A DNA stretch of 64,000 bases, from NCBI GenBank assembly GCA_965285935.1, contig OZ260666.1:7130001-7194000 (forward strand), read 5' to 3'. Within the stretch, counting starts at the first letter, position 1, and each line of letters starts with the position of its first letter. This document shows positions 27,479-40,000 of this stretch, in pieces. The translations under genes and the position numbers were made by a program. Under the pieces are notes generated by a model, which saw nothing but the letters and a program-made list of their open reading frames with translations, was not told where the DNA came from and did no database searches. Source of the stretch: Ophelia neglecta (taxonomy: Eukaryota).

Positions 27479-29494
27479 CGTTCTTTATGACATTTCCTTA
27501 CTTAGCCTCTCTGTACTTACTTAGCGATGAAGTTTCCTAGCGAAAATACATGGTGATTATAAGCGATATTATCTTGCTCATGGAAATGATATTGTTTACA
27601 GCAGATCATCATTAAAGAACATCAATTACGGTAAAAGTCAGATGACAGGTCTGCATGACCAGACTAAGGTAAATCACAGCCGATATGTCTGTCTGACCGT
27701 ACCACGGTAAATCTCAGACGATACGGATATTCTTAGACGACAAATCGGTCCGACCTCATTATGGTAAACTTCAGGCAATATCTGTCTTACTACTGTTACT
27801 ATTCTCGGACGATAAGTCTGCTTGACTATGGTAAATCTCAGATAACACGTTTGCCTTTCCTGACTACAGTAAATTTCAGAACAAGAGCATAGAAGGTCCA
27901 CAAGTTACTGGAGAGGACAGTGTCATTAGATATAGATATGAAGATGTGTGATGGTAATCCTGTATTCTGTGAACAAGAGGGGGGGGGGGAGTTCTGGGTC
28001 TCTCACCCCCTAACGGACACCCCAGTAAGGTGTCACCTTTCTTATTCCCTTCCCGTTAAAGATTGCAACCTGGTTATAATTATATACACACTAAGTTTTT
28101 CTTCCTGTTGTCCCCGATATCAGTCATACACGGTATTGGCTTATTACCTCCAAATCACCGTTAAGGGTTCCATCTAAACAAGCTCTGTATTTACTTGACG
28201 AGCCTCATTTATGTTGATTGGCAAGTATTAAGTAGATTGTGTCAATGACTTGGGGTGGTGGTGGGGGGGGGGTGGAGGTGGGGGTTGCAGGTGGGGGGGG
28301 CGTGGAGGTGGGGGGGGGGGGTGGTGATGGGCGTGGAGGTGGTGGGGGTGGTGTTGGGGGTGGGGTCAACTACCGTTTACATACAGCACGATGGTGCTGG
28401 TTATGTTGCTTTGTTTTATTTCTGAGAGAATTTTTTTTTCACATAATATTGCAGAAAGTTTTCGTTTTGAAAGTTAAAATTTTGCTTCATATATAAGTGT
28501 GTTGGTTCATGTTTAGCAAGAAGATTTACATTGCTAAGTCTGGTTTTTCAAGCCTAGATGCACACGCCATTCAGAGCAGGCCTTAGTTTCCCCGTGAGAT
28601 CAATGATACATTGTTTCAGCCAATTGATTCAGTAATGTCGCTATAAAATGTGCGATGTACTTCACTGAATGGAAACTCTGTACAGCTCTGTCTGTGGGTA
28701 TTTCATAATCTAAAGTGGCACAAGAACATCATTTAGGTTCCAGCTACCAAGAATATCCTGATACATACACAATGTATACCTTCATGGCAAGAGGAACATT
28801 TGCACCAACTAGTAAGTCAATTAATTCATAAAGAGCTGAGATAAATGAGCATTCCGATTTCCAAACTTGTGGTCTTGTCTGGCTTGTACCAAAACAATAT
28901 CAGAGAAAAACTAACCAAGGAATTTACCCTTAGGCTCAGTGATATGTTTCTTGTAGTAGTGTATTTCCCAGTAGTAGTATATTACCACTAGGCGCTGAAC
29001 TCTCGGGGAGGTGAACGGTTGACAATTGTTATATAGGCAGGCAGCTGTTCCATGTTACTTACCCTGTGGCAAGCCTCCTGACAAATATAATGGATTGGCG
29101 GCTTTTAATGTAGAAATATATAGTGGGAAAATAACTATTTACCTGTCTGTTATGGGCCAGGTTAGCTGACTGAAATATATTCTGTATAAGGTGCTCATTA
29201 GCACATCCAGCAGCTAAGCGGAGGCAGATGAACTGAGGGCTGCGACTGAGGATACAGTGTTTGAAGGAAAATTAGTAACTGATTTCATGGAAAATAACAT
29301 AGGGCCAGTGAGGGACGTCTCTTACTTATACACAACGGGAAAGGGCAGGCGAGCCCCCTCAGGCAGACTTAAAGTCGTCTCGCTCCACGAGAAAAACGAA
29401 GTACACAGAATGGTAAATTTCAACACTCTTTGATATGCTTTAATGAATATATCTAATTAATAAGTAACGATACATCTTCTCTGATGCCATTTAT

Positions 29495-29760
29495 GGCTGG
29501 TAACAGCAGATCAGATTATGGGCTCGTTGCCCGGCCGCCATCAAATAATCTCCTATGGAGGCCAATGTGGGTGATACCATATATATGGCTGGTAATAGCA
29601 GATCTGACTATGGACTCGTTGGCTGGTAATAGCAGATCAGACTATGGACTCGTTGGCTGGTAATGGCAGATCAGATTATGGACTCGTTGGCTGGTAATGG
29701 CAGATCAGATTATGGACTCGTTGGCTGTTACTAGCAGGTCAGTCTGTGGCCTCTGGCTGG
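29495..29760. repeat. 34-bp minisatellite
   Basis: ggctggtaatagcagatcagactatggactcgtt. Confidence 0.85.
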
Positions 29761-31779
29761 CCGCCTTCAGATCATATCCCAGAGAGCCCAATGTGGCACC
29801 TAATTCTGAGCCTTTACCTCTACATTTCTGTGATAGGAAGGCTAACACGCAGAAATATTAGGAAATGGAAGATCGGGATGGGGGAAGAACAGTTTTTAAT
29901 GAAAAGCAGGGTTATCTTAGTTGGAAGAAAAAGATGTTTTCCCAGGTTTAGGTATCCACTTCTTTAGTTATTTACGTGAAACAGGGCAGGCCTGAGGCAT
30001 TTGGAGAGAACAAAAATGATTTTCAACACTTACCCCCCCCCCCCCCCCCGCCCCCGATAGCCCGACAATGTCATGACGGGGCGAACCTAGCTATCTGTTG
30101 ATTAAAACCCAATCCCCGCAAAAATTGATGCCCCAAGAATGTCCTAATGGAAAGAGAGTCCCCCCCCCCCCACCTAAGAATGGCCCGACGGGGTGCCGTC
30201 TAGCCTGTTGTTTTTACCTCTGCCCACAGACTATATTTCTATCATAGTTTGTTCCATGTGTTAAGTATGAAAGTTAGTTTACTTTCCTCAGTATTTAGTA
30301 CAATACGTGGTTGTCTACCAGGAAGGCTAGCTAACTGTATAGAGCTCTCACTGAGACCCTTATTGGCTTTCCCCTGATTAATCATTTAACGCATACACGC
30401 TTCATTCTCTTCATGATGAACAAAAGACATGCTAACCGTGGGCTCAGGTTAGAACATCACTCCCCTCTGAGGAGGCCTCTAACCGCCTTGGACTTAGCTC
30501 AACCCCAAAGTATGCTTGGAAAACCTGATGTACTGATTTAACATTGGTTAGGAAATAAATAACCCGGCCAGGAACAGCGGACACTATATTCCAACTCAAT
30601 TCAGACACATTTATTATGCAAAATCATAATTTTCGTTTTTTTTTTGTATGCCTCTCCATCCTCCCCACCTCATTTCTCGCGCGCTCTAGAGCAAGTCTGC
30701 AAGCAACCCTATATACAAGTATGTTTGTATTTTATATACACCTGTATTGTATCGGCCAAATGCTGGGCCAATGCTTCATGCTATCTGGGTGCGTCTTTAT
30801 AGATAGTGTTCAAGGCTATTGTATATCTCTATTCCGACTAGTCAGGCACACCTGTTTTCAATCAATAGCACACTGCTATATAAATGTCCTTCACAAGCTT
30901 TTTGTCGTAAATCAATATATTTCATATTTTGGTTTAGCATATTGATCAATCTTAGAACAGACTTTTGTGATGATAATTCTAGTTTGCGATCTCATACATT
31001 ATACCTAGCCTTGTTGTTGACAATGGATTAGAAATTGATTTGCAGAGTGAATATGTTGGTGTGTGAAATGAAGGAGAGGGGGGGGGGGGGTTAATGCCCA
31101 CCATACTAGATAGTTGCAATCAGAAATGATCGTCTTGGTACGGTTCCATAAGCAATATTTCTGAAATGCCTGGCTATTAGAACATTCATTTTGACAATTT
31201 CCGCAAAAGGACAAATAGTCAAAAGGTAATTTTATGCCGCCATTATAGACTTGCTTGTATGCGTAATGCCCCCTGGCGATAGAGGGGCCTAAAACAACAC
31301 CAACACCAAGTATTAATAGCTACATTGCGTATTCGGGAAAATACATGCCCATGACACGCGCTCTTCTTATGGTCACATGCAGTAGTTAGTAGTTTTTATA
31401 GATATCCACTAGATATGCACAACATGGACTGTATAAAACTGCTGTTAAAGCATCTTCACATACTACTAGAGTAAAGTGGATCTCTGTAGCATTTCCCGGT
31501 GCGAGTAGTGACTCTTATATTTCTAGCAGACAGTCTTAAAGAGTCTCAACTACTTGCTAGGACACCCAACGCACTCCATCAAGATGTTGTATTGTGTAAC
31601 TAGTAATGTTGGAGGATAAAGAGAGTCCAGTCCCCCTTGCGTCGCCTGCCCCCCCCCCCCCTCCCCACCTCCCTGGGGGTCCAGACCCTGTGCGCCGACG
31701 CCCTCCCCTCCACCCAGTGCGGTTCAGTGCTTGAGGGCCATGTTGTCTGGGCCCCTCTATTCTTAGATGCCCTCTTCCT

Positions 31780-31937
31780 TGTTCTTAAGGTCTCGTTCTT
31801 GAGGGCCTTGTTTTAGGGCTCCTGTCCTAAAGGACCTGTTCTTAGGGGACCCTGTTCTCGGGGCCCTGTTGGGGCCGTATTCTTAGGGACCCTGTTAGGG
31901 CCCTGTTCTTAGGGGCCCTGTTCATAGGGGCCCTGTC
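31780..31937. repeat. ~16-bp degenerate minisatellite
   Basis: cttaggggccctgtt. Confidence 0.75.
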
Positions 31938-32012
31938 CATATGAACAACCCCCTCCCCCCCCTAGAAGGCGCCCAAGCGCTAACGCCCTGAGGGGTCCCA
32001 CCGTCCCTCCTC

Positions 32013-32337
32013 AAAGCACCAAAGCGTGGCCGAGTGGTTAGGGTGTCCGCCTCGCAAGTGGTAGATCGGGGTTCGAACCCGACCGCGTCAAACTCAAGAC
32101 GTAAAAATAGGTACTGGCTCCCCTGCCAGGCGCCCGGAATTTCAGGGGTGGTATCATGACTGGTCAACCCGGTGTCAGTATAATGTGACTGGGTGGGGTT
32201 CCCTGTCTGGTCTCTACGGCAGGTACTCAAGTGAAGCAGCACTCTAAAGAGGGCATTGGGCCCACTCTCAAAAGTAGGCACCGTGGCGATATGACAAGAT
32301 AAGTGTTAAAAGCCACGTAAAACCCCAAACAACAACA
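32013..32337 (+). mobile_element. Full-length tRNA-derived SINE with Meta-like central domain and (AAC)n tail
   Basis: A box TGGCCGAGTGG, B box GGTTCGAACCC, core ...GACTGGTCAACCCGGTGTCAGTATAATGTGACTGGGTGG..., tail GTTAAAAGCCACGTAAAACCCCAAAC(AAC)3; 13-bp TSD accGtccctcctc (32000-32012) / accTtccctcctc (32338-32350). Confidence 0.85.
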
Positions 32338-35300
32338 ACCTTCCCTCCTCCAGGGGCCCCTTAGACCATATCCAGAGAGGCCCCCAATAGCCTTCTGCCC
32401 AGAGCTTCATTTAGGAGGGAACCCATTTCATCTGGGTCTTGGAGGCGGCAGCCATCCCCAGCATAGAACCTAGATCTCCCCCCCCCCTCCCGTGAGTGAT
32501 GACTCCCACCTAGTTATAACCTAAATCTCCGCCTACAGTGAGTAATGATTTCCCGTTTGTTATTTCCTCTGATTGTGTGGATTTATGAGGCCGAATCATG
32601 AACACAGTATTGTGTGTAGAGTGTCAACATGTCAGATGAAATGCAGTGGCAGCCATTGATTGAAGGGGAAGAGCATGTTGTTTTAACAAGTGGGAAGGGG
32701 AGGGGATTTATTAACTGAGGAGGGGTTCGGGAGGCGGGGTTGGCGGCTCTATTAACTAGTGGGGTGGGAGCCCGACTGGGGTAGGGGAGACACTTCCAAA
32801 CATATTGGGCAGGGTTGCTCCACCCAGGTTTAAAATAGGGGTCCATCTTATAGAAGAATCACAAAAATGTGCCCTTATATATTTGAAATTGCCATAAAAA
32901 TGACCCTTAAAATGGACGAAATTTCAATAAATTAAGCATTAACAAATTGTATCTCTAACACATTCTAAAGTGAACTCTTAAAGAGTTCTCCTGTTAGCGT
33001 AGTTTTTGTGTTTAATGTTGTTCACTTAAAATGAATCCTCTTTGCGGACATGCTGTTGTCGGGTCAGTAAGTGTAGGATTGCCTGATGTCATTACAATTT
33101 TCACCTGAAGCAGAGGCTCATGGGAAATAATGTGACTTCTCTGGGAACAAGCTTGAAGTTCTCGCCTGACTGGTTAGGGCATGGATGACCAATCTTGGCA
33201 GAATATGTGATATGAGTTATCGTAACCATAGTAACCGTGGACGGGTATGAGCTAGTACATATGAAATTCATGCCACTGGGACTTCTGATCTTCTAATTAT
33301 AGATCCAATTAGTCCTGTCCTTGTGAAAACAGCACGCCATTAAATATGACATTCATGAGTTTTAGTTTAATGTTCCCCCATCGTCCTTGTTATGCTGTGA
33401 TAAATCATTCAATGCATTGTCAATAATCAAGTCTCCGGGTATCTATCAAGAAGCTTGATTAGATTATCTTAGTGCTCCTCATGACTTGCGGGGCATGTAC
33501 CTCAGACTAACCAGGACCCCCCCCCCACCACCACCACCAGCAACCCCCCCCCCCGTAACTATCAGAAACATCGGTTAACTAAGAGAGTCCATGAAGACTC
33601 TAGAAGTCAATCTCAGCCTCCCTTGAGGCTATCAAAACCCCTGTTAAATCCCTGGTAGTCTGTTTGAAGTATGTTGAGCGACATAATAAAATGTCGCCGA
33701 GTAAAGGTCGGGAGGGATTCCTCCTAGGAAGAATAGATCTACGCAAGTTTTCATCTATCATTCATGATAAATAATTAGTAACATTTAGACATCACTTGTC
33801 CAGAATGATTTTCATGTCTGTTGTGTTTCTGAGAAATAACTGAAAAAAGTCTTAAGAGTAATCAATTATACACAAATCTGTCAAAGAATGGGAAGTCAAT
33901 CCAATTAGAGAGCTTGTTGACAAGGCAACCAGTAATGGATTGATTCCCTACCTGATAAATCAGAAGACGATGGCAGAAGTCTGATGTGTCTGGAGGAAGA
34001 ACATGACGGAGTGAAAGGAAGTCGTCTTTGGTTATTTGTGGATGACATGAATCAATCAGTTTACAACGATAAGCATGGCGACCAAACAGATTAAATGGAT
34101 ATGTATAAAACGTAGTAGACTTAATTATAAACAAGTGTCAATGCCGAGGTAGAGTTACAAAAATCGTTATTATCAGTGTTACCCAATGACTATGTGTTAT
34201 GCCAAATATCCGATCAAATGTGAAGAAAATCCAGCCATGAATGGCTGAGCTGTCCCATATATTTCCTTTATAATCAAGGAAGTGCCATTTTTCGACACAT
34301 AATTACTATTTAACCAAGGAAGTGACCCTTTACCTTCTGGAAGATAGGCTTTCGGTAGTAAGCAATCGCCCTACTGTTTAATACGCCCTCCAAAGTTTTG
34401 ATAACTTGATAACCTTCCATGACCAGAAGGTACTATCTGTTCTCCTTCCTTTGTAGGAAAGGTGATCATCTTCAAGAAAGACGGCCGTCACCTACTACCA
34501 AGTAGCACACACAATCAGTCATTATTATTTATCATTGCAGTGAACAAACGGATCTTCATGAAAGAGTTCTTTACATTAATGTTAAGCAACATCAATTTTA
34601 TCGGTGTTGCGATGGATTTTTCTTGGGATTACACTTTAAATTGTGCAATTTTTAGCAAATCAATTATAATGCAGGTAGCAGTGATGGAACACCTTTCCTT
34701 TCAACCGGAGTAAACTGCACCTCACTGCTGATGCTCCCTTTGTTGTGAAGATATCTGAATTGTCTCCACACATCTGACAAAGAGTACATGAAATTCCTAC
34801 TGTTATGTCTACCCCGTTTGTTTCTCAAGCCATCTCTATTCCGCTGGCATGCAGCAGACAGCAGCAAGTTGCTGTTTTGTGTGCAGTTCGAGTCGTTTAT
34901 CGATTACCATTAATATTTACTGAAGATACACCATACCTCCCAGCTAGCAGATTCAAACAGTACCCAGCCCCTGAACCCTCCAGATGTGCACCCACAATCA
35001 GCATAGAATCATCCTCGGCGTGCTGCCACTTTCACTGATGTGAGCTTTCAGGTTTGAAAGACCCGTGCCAAATAACTCCTGACCCCCCCCCCCCTTGGCT
35101 CCAAATCCCTGAGTGAGATCATACCAACATGATTTGTAAATATCACAGATTCCAGATTCTGTCTTGAGTAATCAGTATTTACCCTCCAAACAAACAAGGA
35201 GGCTTAAATCAATGGCCCTGTGAAATTGGAGCCTCCAAAAGCCCATAGAGGCTTACATAGGGACCCCGACCCCCCCCCCCCCCCCCCCGACTCGCCCCTT

Positions 35301-36784
35301 CTTAAATGGACCTAGTACGGACCTTTAAAGAATGAATATAAAACTGAGGTGTCATACTTAATAATGTGATTATTATTCATGTGTTTTCAGGCGTTTGAAG
35401 CCAAGTGTGAGCAGATGGTTGGGGAAAACTGAAGTTTCCTGGTTTCCCTAATGTGTTTAATTAAACTAAACTCACTTATTTTGGCTGGGACTGTTGAACA
35501 AGGACAATAAACGTGTTCCTATTTCTGCAGACCCTGTAGCATCTACTACCGTACCAGAACCCCCCCCCCCTCTCCCTCCGGTGGGGCATTCCTAAGATAA
35601 CACACAGGGTGTGCCTTAGCCAAATGTTACTATAATAGTTTGTTTTCGATGTTAGAAGCGCTGTTATCACACCTGTTCTCCAGGGCTGGAGCTGAACCTA
35701 CATAAAGGAGGGAAACTTTAAACCAAGATATGTTAACCAGGTTTTGTGTGGCTACAATTTCACAAGGTATTTCGCTGTGCATTCGTGCATAGAAAGTGAT
35801 TTTTATGCAATGTATGCCTACTATTATCCATTTATAACACAGGGCAAATACTTTTGAATGATGAGTTGATATGTTCCAGGGAAGGTATGGGTTTTATTAC
35901 CGGGAGGGCGCATATATACTGTGATTTATACGTTCTCAAACAGGAACTTTTCATGTTGGGACATTTTAACTTCGCATATATCGCTCGATTCCCAGAGAAT
36001 ACCTTACAGTATCCTGTAGTGGAACAACTAGATGGGTTCCAAGTTGTTTTCAATTTTAAAGGCGGAGGTTTAATAGGAAGTGAAACAGAAAACAAACCAT
36101 GGGTATTGCTCAATAAGACTATATGGTGAACGCAGTCCGAGGTGTTTGCTGGCTGCCCAGTGCCTATCAATTAATTGAGGTTAATTAACATGTCGAATTA
36201 CGAGGTTTAAATTCAAAAACAGTTGGTGACACACCTATATATAGCGACGGAAAGTTCGGTTCACTGACTGTGAGGAAGTCTCTCACACCCAGCCACACTG
36301 AGGAGGCGCCACTGGCCCTCTTGGTTTCACACCCCCAGGTACGCCAACCGCCCCTGGATCTCCCACACCCAGCTAGTGAAACTCGCCCAGTCCCGTCATA
36401 CATTATTGAATTCCCGTCAGAATTGAACCCTGTGCTTATAATTCTCCGCTTGGAGACCTCTGCCATAAAACAATATTATTTGTTATACAGTATACATTGG
36501 AGCTCCCGGAGGTCTGGTTGATGATTCGCCACGTACAACTTAGGTCCCTGAAGTCACTTATAGGTACAGTAATGGGTACCTAATGGGGCGCCTAATGGCC
36601 CCTTTATTATTGTGAATGGTCGTCCCACAAACACTCCTGATGGGTTTCTAAATGAGACTCGCCTGACTGGTGGAGATTATAATTCCCTTGGTACCAAAAG
36701 CGTGTCCACATGTAGGGAGAGGAAGGCTGGCCGGAGTGGGACTGCAAGAGAAGGGCAAAAGAGAGTAGTAGGAGGGATGGCGTG

Positions 36785-37382
36785 CTGCCAGAGATCAGGG
36801 TAGAGAGCTGGACAGTCCAGGACTGGACGGGGGTGTGGCAAAGGAGAGTAGCTAAGTGGAGGGGTGGTGCCAGGGATCAGGGCAGAGAGCTGGACAGTCC
36901 AGGACTGGACGGGATGTGGCAAAGGAGAGTAGTTAGGGGAGGGTTGGGGTTGTGCCAGGGATCAGGGAAGAGAGCTGGACAGTCCAGGACTGGACGGGGA
37001 TGTGGCAAAGGGGAGTAGTTAAGTGGATGGGTGGGGTGTTCAATGGGGGCAGTGCCGAGAGCTGGGCAGTACGCGATTGAAGGGGAGAGCGGTCAAGCAG
37101 ACCATATCTTTGGGGAAGTTGACTGAGAGTGGCAGGGAGGGTTGACTAGATGGACAAGGGGCCTGAAGGGTGGGGGAAGGGGCGGGAGGGTTGACTAGAT
37201 GGACAAGCGCCTGAAGGGTGGGGGAAGGGGCGGGAGGGTTGACTAGATGGACAAGGGGCCTGAAGGGTTGGGGAAGGGGCGGGAGGGTTGACTAGATGGA
37301 CAAGCGCCTGAAGGGTGGGGGAAGGGGCGGGAGGGTTGACTAGATGGACAAGCGCCTGAAGGGTGGGGAGGGTTGACTAGAA
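36785..37382. repeat. Two adjacent G-rich minisatellites (~83 bp x3; ~48 bp x5)
   Basis: agagctggacagtccaggactggacggg; gggagggttgactagatggacaag...cctgaagggtggggga. Confidence 0.85.
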
Positions 37383-37934
37383 GGCTCAGAGGATGGCAGG
37401 CCAATCTCAAGAATATGTATCGCTGAATTGTGGGAAACCTTTTGTTCCTTATACCTATACGTGGGTTGTCTTTTTTGAGTCTTTTAAAATTCAAGTCACA
37501 TGTGAGCAGGTGGCTCTGGAAACCTGAAATAAGCTCGCTTCATTGCTTTAATGTGGGTAAGCAAAACTCCAAACTCCATGTAGCATTGTTACATGATATC
37601 CATTGCCTCGTTGCTATCCGGTTGAGAGAAATCATTCCATGCAGTCGCGTTCCCCAGCTAATCCCGACATTATTTATGTAGGAACACGTAAATAGACAAT
37701 GAAAAAGTACCACTGTGGGAATCACATTGCTATATGTGTGGTCCTGGGTGTACAGGCAGTCTAGGCAATGAGAGGCGATAGGTTCAACAATATTGGGGGG
37801 GGGGGGGGGGGTTCCTCATTGATTGTCTAAACATGAGGCTTTGGCCAAAAGACTTTATTTAAAGCAGCATTTGACAGACATCATATCGTAATGTTTGTTT
37901 GAACCTCAATTGGCTTAATTGTCCATTCATCCAA

Positions 37935-38115
37935 AGACTCCATGTCTATATGGCATAAGACCACAGGTCTATAGGGCATAAGACGGCATGTCTATAGGGC
38001 ATAAGACCGCATATCTATAGGGCATAAGACCACAGGCCGATTGGGGATACGACCGCAGGTCTATAAGGCATAAGACTGCAGGTCTATAGGACATAAGACG
38101 GCTTGTCTATAGGGA
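37935..38115. repeat. ~22-bp minisatellite
   Basis: gtctatagggcataagacc.ca. Confidence 0.8.
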
Positions 38116-39127
38116 ATCTATCCAAAAATCTGAAGAGCATGAGACCCTAAGATTGCATAAGACATCAGACAAATAGGGTTTTCATAAACTGCAGATCTAT
38201 GGGGCCTTAAGCAGGTTAATGCTATACTATGTGGTCGTAAACCCCAGCCTCTTTTGAGTAAGAACACGTTCTAGACCGAGGTCGGTGGTGCGTACAACGT
38301 CAGAGGGAGAAGACCAAGGCGTATCGGGCTCACATCAAGGTCTATAGTGCCTAAGAACTCAGGCCTATAGTGCCTCATGTTTATAAGAGTATTATCGTGG
38401 GCCTATATATACTCAGTAGGTCCGAGGCCTACTGAGCCTATAGTCCGTGTATGAATCTGGCGCTCTATTGCAAACGATCTGCTGTTGTAAAGTAAGATAT
38501 TAGCACCACTTGAACACAAGTGAGATCTACATGTCATCTGGTCATGCTCAGTCCTGGCAGCAACAGGGAGAGATTCAGGATTTAGCTAAATCAGGGGTGA
38601 ACTGGCCGCCTAGGACCTCGCCCATAATCTAACCTTCATGCGTACAAGGTCCTAGATAGAAAATGTAACCCGCTCCTTCCTGTGTATTTAGCCCTCACGT
38701 CCTCCGTGAGTCTATTACCCCTTGACGACTTCCCATCCCCTCATCCCCCCTTGTGGCTGCTCTCCCCCCCCCCCCCCACACACACGCACGAGATTCAATA
38801 TGGCCCCTGCCCACTGCCTTCCAACCAATTGGACAATCCACACCTCTGTGCCCTCCACCCCATGCAGGTCTCCCTCTTCACGCCCCCCCCCCCCCCACAC
38901 ACACACCTTCTCCCCCTGCCCCCTCCCTTCCCCTGTAGCCGCCCCCTGACAGTCTCTCTTCTCTCCGGCTCTGGCAACACAACCAGCCTTGCCACTCATA
39001 GCAGCAGTGTTCGCTTGCAACAAGGAGCAGATATCATCTGCCAGTTCTGCCAGCTACTGGTGAAAAGTTGGCCAGTTTCTTTCTAGTTATAATGAGCTCA
39101 AATCAATCTTCCTGAATGTGAGTGTCT

Positions 39128-40000
39128 TACTCAAGTTTAGTCTTATATCAAAGGAGCAGAGTCCACTATTAAGTACAAACCTTGGAAGTCAGACTTGCTA
39201 CATGCATACTGTGTCCTGCCGAAATCAGAGACAATTCAATGACTTGTAGGCTCCTGTGTGGGGCTAAATTGGCTGATGGCAAGACTTTATTGGTTCTTCT
39301 AATTACGCCTTATTGGTGTGCCAATTAACAATGGATCACATCTAGGCCACTATGGCAGGACATGAGAGGAACTTGAGTGAGAAGAACAAGGCTTAGAATG
39401 AGCTCTTAGATGTAACCAACGCAATGCCAGGCGCTTAAGGGAGTCGTTCTTGAAGAGAATTAATTGTAAGACCTGTCAGCGACATTACAAGTCTCCGTTC
39501 AGGATTAATTAACGTAATGTAACTTACAAGGATACGGAAAGCCGCTGGATTACTGTGAATGTTCTGTATCAATCAGTGATTTCCTACAGGTATTGTGACT
39601 TAAAATGGAAGCCTTTAGCAGGGTGTTGGTTGGACAGCGACTGCCACATTGACTGACCGGCTGCCATTTAAGTATACTATGGGTGTTATACGTTTGAGAG
39701 GGGATATATGTATAAGAGGCTGTGGTAGCTTAAGTGCTGTGGTTTTTCCATGTACACGAATATCTTCCAATTCACCAGCCACTAGTAAATTGGAGGGCTA
39801 GTGAGAGACCGGCGATATTTTCCGAATGTTTTTACTTTTTTCATCCACTTTAAAGTAGGTGTCAAAAGCAGGTGTATAACCTAACGTTGAGTGTTAGGTG
39901 TCGTTGTCAGACTATTGGGAAGGGCGTCTCGGGGATAGATAGGTAAAGTGGTTAGTGCCCCAGGCTCATTTGGTAAATAGCCAAAAACATCGACAAAGTG
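39128..40000 (+). repeat. Dispersed ~0.9 kb element, copy 1
   Basis: Collinear similarity to 45857-46795, e.g. ggggctaaattggctgatgg, caggacatgagagga.cttgagtgagaag, caggtattgtgactt, tcaaaagcaggtgt. Confidence 0.85.

Noticed and set aside
32020-32090. tRNA-like A and B boxes as a tRNA gene
   Set aside because: No full cloverleaf; it continues into a SINE body and tail with a TSD.
33185-33244. Mini-ORF MTNLGRICDMSYRNHSNRGR as an annotated first exon
   Set aside because: Weak donor (GTATGA) and overlap with an X-box motif; kept only as a weak candidate in the findings.
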